From the NCBI RefSeq assembly GCF_009914755.1, contig NC_060934.1: a DNA stretch of 64,000 nt; one strand, 5' to 3'. Shown in pieces: positions 62,130 to 64,000 of this stretch. The position numbers were made by a program, and so were the translations under genes. Position 1 is the stretch's first letter. The number at the start of each line of letters is the position of its first letter. The stretch is from the human T2T-CHM13v2.0 reference genome, Homo sapiens. Under the pieces are notes generated by a model. That model had not been told where the DNA came from and ran no database searches. It worked only from the letters and a program-made list of their open reading frames with translations.

Positions 62130-62429
62130 GAAGTGCCCTCTGATAGCCACGGGCAGCAGCTTCTGTAATCCTTGCTGCCTGAAAGGAAGTCAATGCATTT
62201 AGAGAAGGGGCTGATTCCTGCGAAGTGGAAGAGAATAATAGGAGAAATCCAGAATCGGCAAACAAAAATGCCTTGTTTGGCTCTTGGTCCCGACTCTTGG
62301 TTCCATGATGCTGACACCTTCCACCTGGCAAAGGTGTTAACTGAGGCTCAAGCATTGGCCTCTCTTAGACCCTTTAATAGAGGTCTCTGTGGATCCAATT
62401 GTCATCTTATCACAATGAATAAATTAATA

Positions 62430-62660
62430 ACAGCAGTAAGAATATGTATTGAGCTGCTCTCATGGGTCAGGCCCTTCACATACCACCTTGCTTAAACTTC
62501 TTAATAGCTCTACTAAATAGGAATTGTCTTCAAATATTTGAATTAAGGTTCAGAGAGGTAAGGAATTTGTTCAAGGTCACACAAGTTCCTGGCTAATCTG
62601 GGGTTTGGGGTTAAGTAAGTTGGAAGCCAAATCCAATGCTTATTCCACTCCACCGCTCTG
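62430..62660. mobile_element. MIR relic
   Basis: aaggttcagagaggtaaggaatttgttcaaggtcacaca. Confidence 0.65.
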
Positions 62661-63203
62661 CTTAATGAGCTTTCAGATGATACCACAGAAGATGGAAGAC
62701 ACATTTTTAATAAAGGGGTCCTCTTAGTACATTTCTAATCCAATCACATATGTGGCTTACTCTGAGGCCAAATATCTTACGTGTTGCTGAACTTGTTTTA
62801 GCATTGTTTTATCAAACCCAAGTACAATATATCAAACCATATGCAACCTAGATCATATTCTTGGATAAAAACAACTTTGCAAATCACCACTAAATTAGGG
62901 TAGCAGTACTAGGCATAATTTTAGGCACCAGGGACAAAGAGAATGATGAAGATGACCTGGTCTTGCCCCGAGGTGTTTTGTCTCCTATGTCTGACCGTTG
63001 GACAGTCCAGTTCTGCTACGGAGCATATGACCTACAACCTAGCATGATTGGTTCCCACTTGTCATAGGCATGGATGTGGGTTCAGATGCTGTGTACATTG
63101 ATAAAGGGTTGACAGTTATTTCCAAAGCTGCAAAGTGCTATAGGAAGTAATTGTTGCCTGGCTATTCAGAAGGCACACTGTCTCATGAAGAATGCGGTTT
63201 CTC

Positions 63204-63673
63204 CTAGACATCTGTGCTTAGATGATTAAAGAACTTTCCTAATCTTGATAAATTGCCCTTTGGTCCAGGATATTCTTTCCATGGATTTGATAACATCTTT
63301 TTATCTGACAGTAGGGGGTCTTCTGACTCAGAATGGCTTCCATTCACATGGTGGACAATTGTCTCTGGAAAATGAAGAAAGGTGATCTGGTTGGTTTCCT
63401 TTGATGCTTTTGAACAAGATAAATGATTATCCTGGGTCCACTGACTTACATGTGTGGGAGGCCCTTTTTTGTAGTAAGTAGTTTCTTTCTTCCATGGTCT
63501 TCCCCTAAGGGATGTTTTATCGTCTAGCTCCATCTCCGATTTGAAATCCCTTGTTAATGAATTGAATAAACCCATGCCTCTTGAACTGTATGATCCTCTT
63601 GGCTTCTTCAACATCGAAATTAATTCTTGGGTAAGATCTGTAAGATGACAATCTGCATTAATTCTGATCACAT
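63204..63673 (-). CDS. Candidate terminal coding exon of an unidentified gene
   Basis: Non-repeat 155-codon ORF; in frame with upstream 55-nt exon if tttcag at 63674 is the acceptor; polypyrimidine tract weak; product not recognised. Confidence 0.3.
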
Positions 63674-63917
63674 CTGAAATTCTTGTCTTGATCGTTCCTT
63701 AATCTAATTATTCTCATTTTTTTATTTCACCAAATACAGAGAGAAATTATACAGTGGATATAAAAGTTTGGATAGGAAGGATTTAGACTAGATAAGTGAT
63801 TTTGAAATGTCATCCCCCCTTTTCACAGCAAAATTCTTTCTTCCAATAATATTATAAAGTGATATATAAAACATAACAGGATTGTTCTTACTGAGACAGA
63901 GGACAGAGCCTTCTTAC

Positions 63918-63972
63918 ATTTTGTTCCTGCTGTCTTTTCCCCATCTAAGTTCCTCGCCATCGTGTAGAGCAC
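63918..63972 (-). CDS. Candidate 55-nt internal exon
   Basis: Acceptor tttgtcatcttcaaagtctacttctag and donor gtaaga on the minus strand; two frames open (VLYTMARNLDGEKTAGTK or ALHDGEELRWGKDSRNK). Confidence 0.4.
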
Positions 63973-64000
63973 CTAGAAGTAGACTTTGAAGATGACAAAA

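Overview
Primate (human-like) genomic DNA, AT-rich and repeat-dense, with no recognisable complete protein-coding gene; almost all ORF-track entries are Alu, microsatellite, LTR or Tigger read-throughs. It holds about 33 Alu copies, many ERV1/MaLR solo LTRs (three MER41B, LTR1-family, LTR8A, MER51, two MER21-family, THE1, MSTB, MLT1, an LTR26-like element), a full-length decayed Tigger1, MER30, a MADE1 MITE split by an Alu, and L1/L2/MIR relics. The right end carries signals of the 3' part of a minus-strand transcript (55-nt exon, 155-codon ORF, poly(A) site near 60.17 kb) that I cannot name. The most unusual observations are: (i) locally templated copy events, namely a 24-bp patch from 25.9 kb written into an Alu at 28.9 kb and a 219-bp ~98% identical non-tandem duplication at 16.6/17.6 kb; (ii) three MER41B LTRs that each retain GAS/STAT sites; (iii) an Alu bracketed by Hsmar1 TIRs; (iv) a chimeric Alu with no TSD. 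No new biological system is demonstrable from sequence alone. Subfamily names come from recalled consensus sequences and need RepeatMasker/Dfam confirmation.
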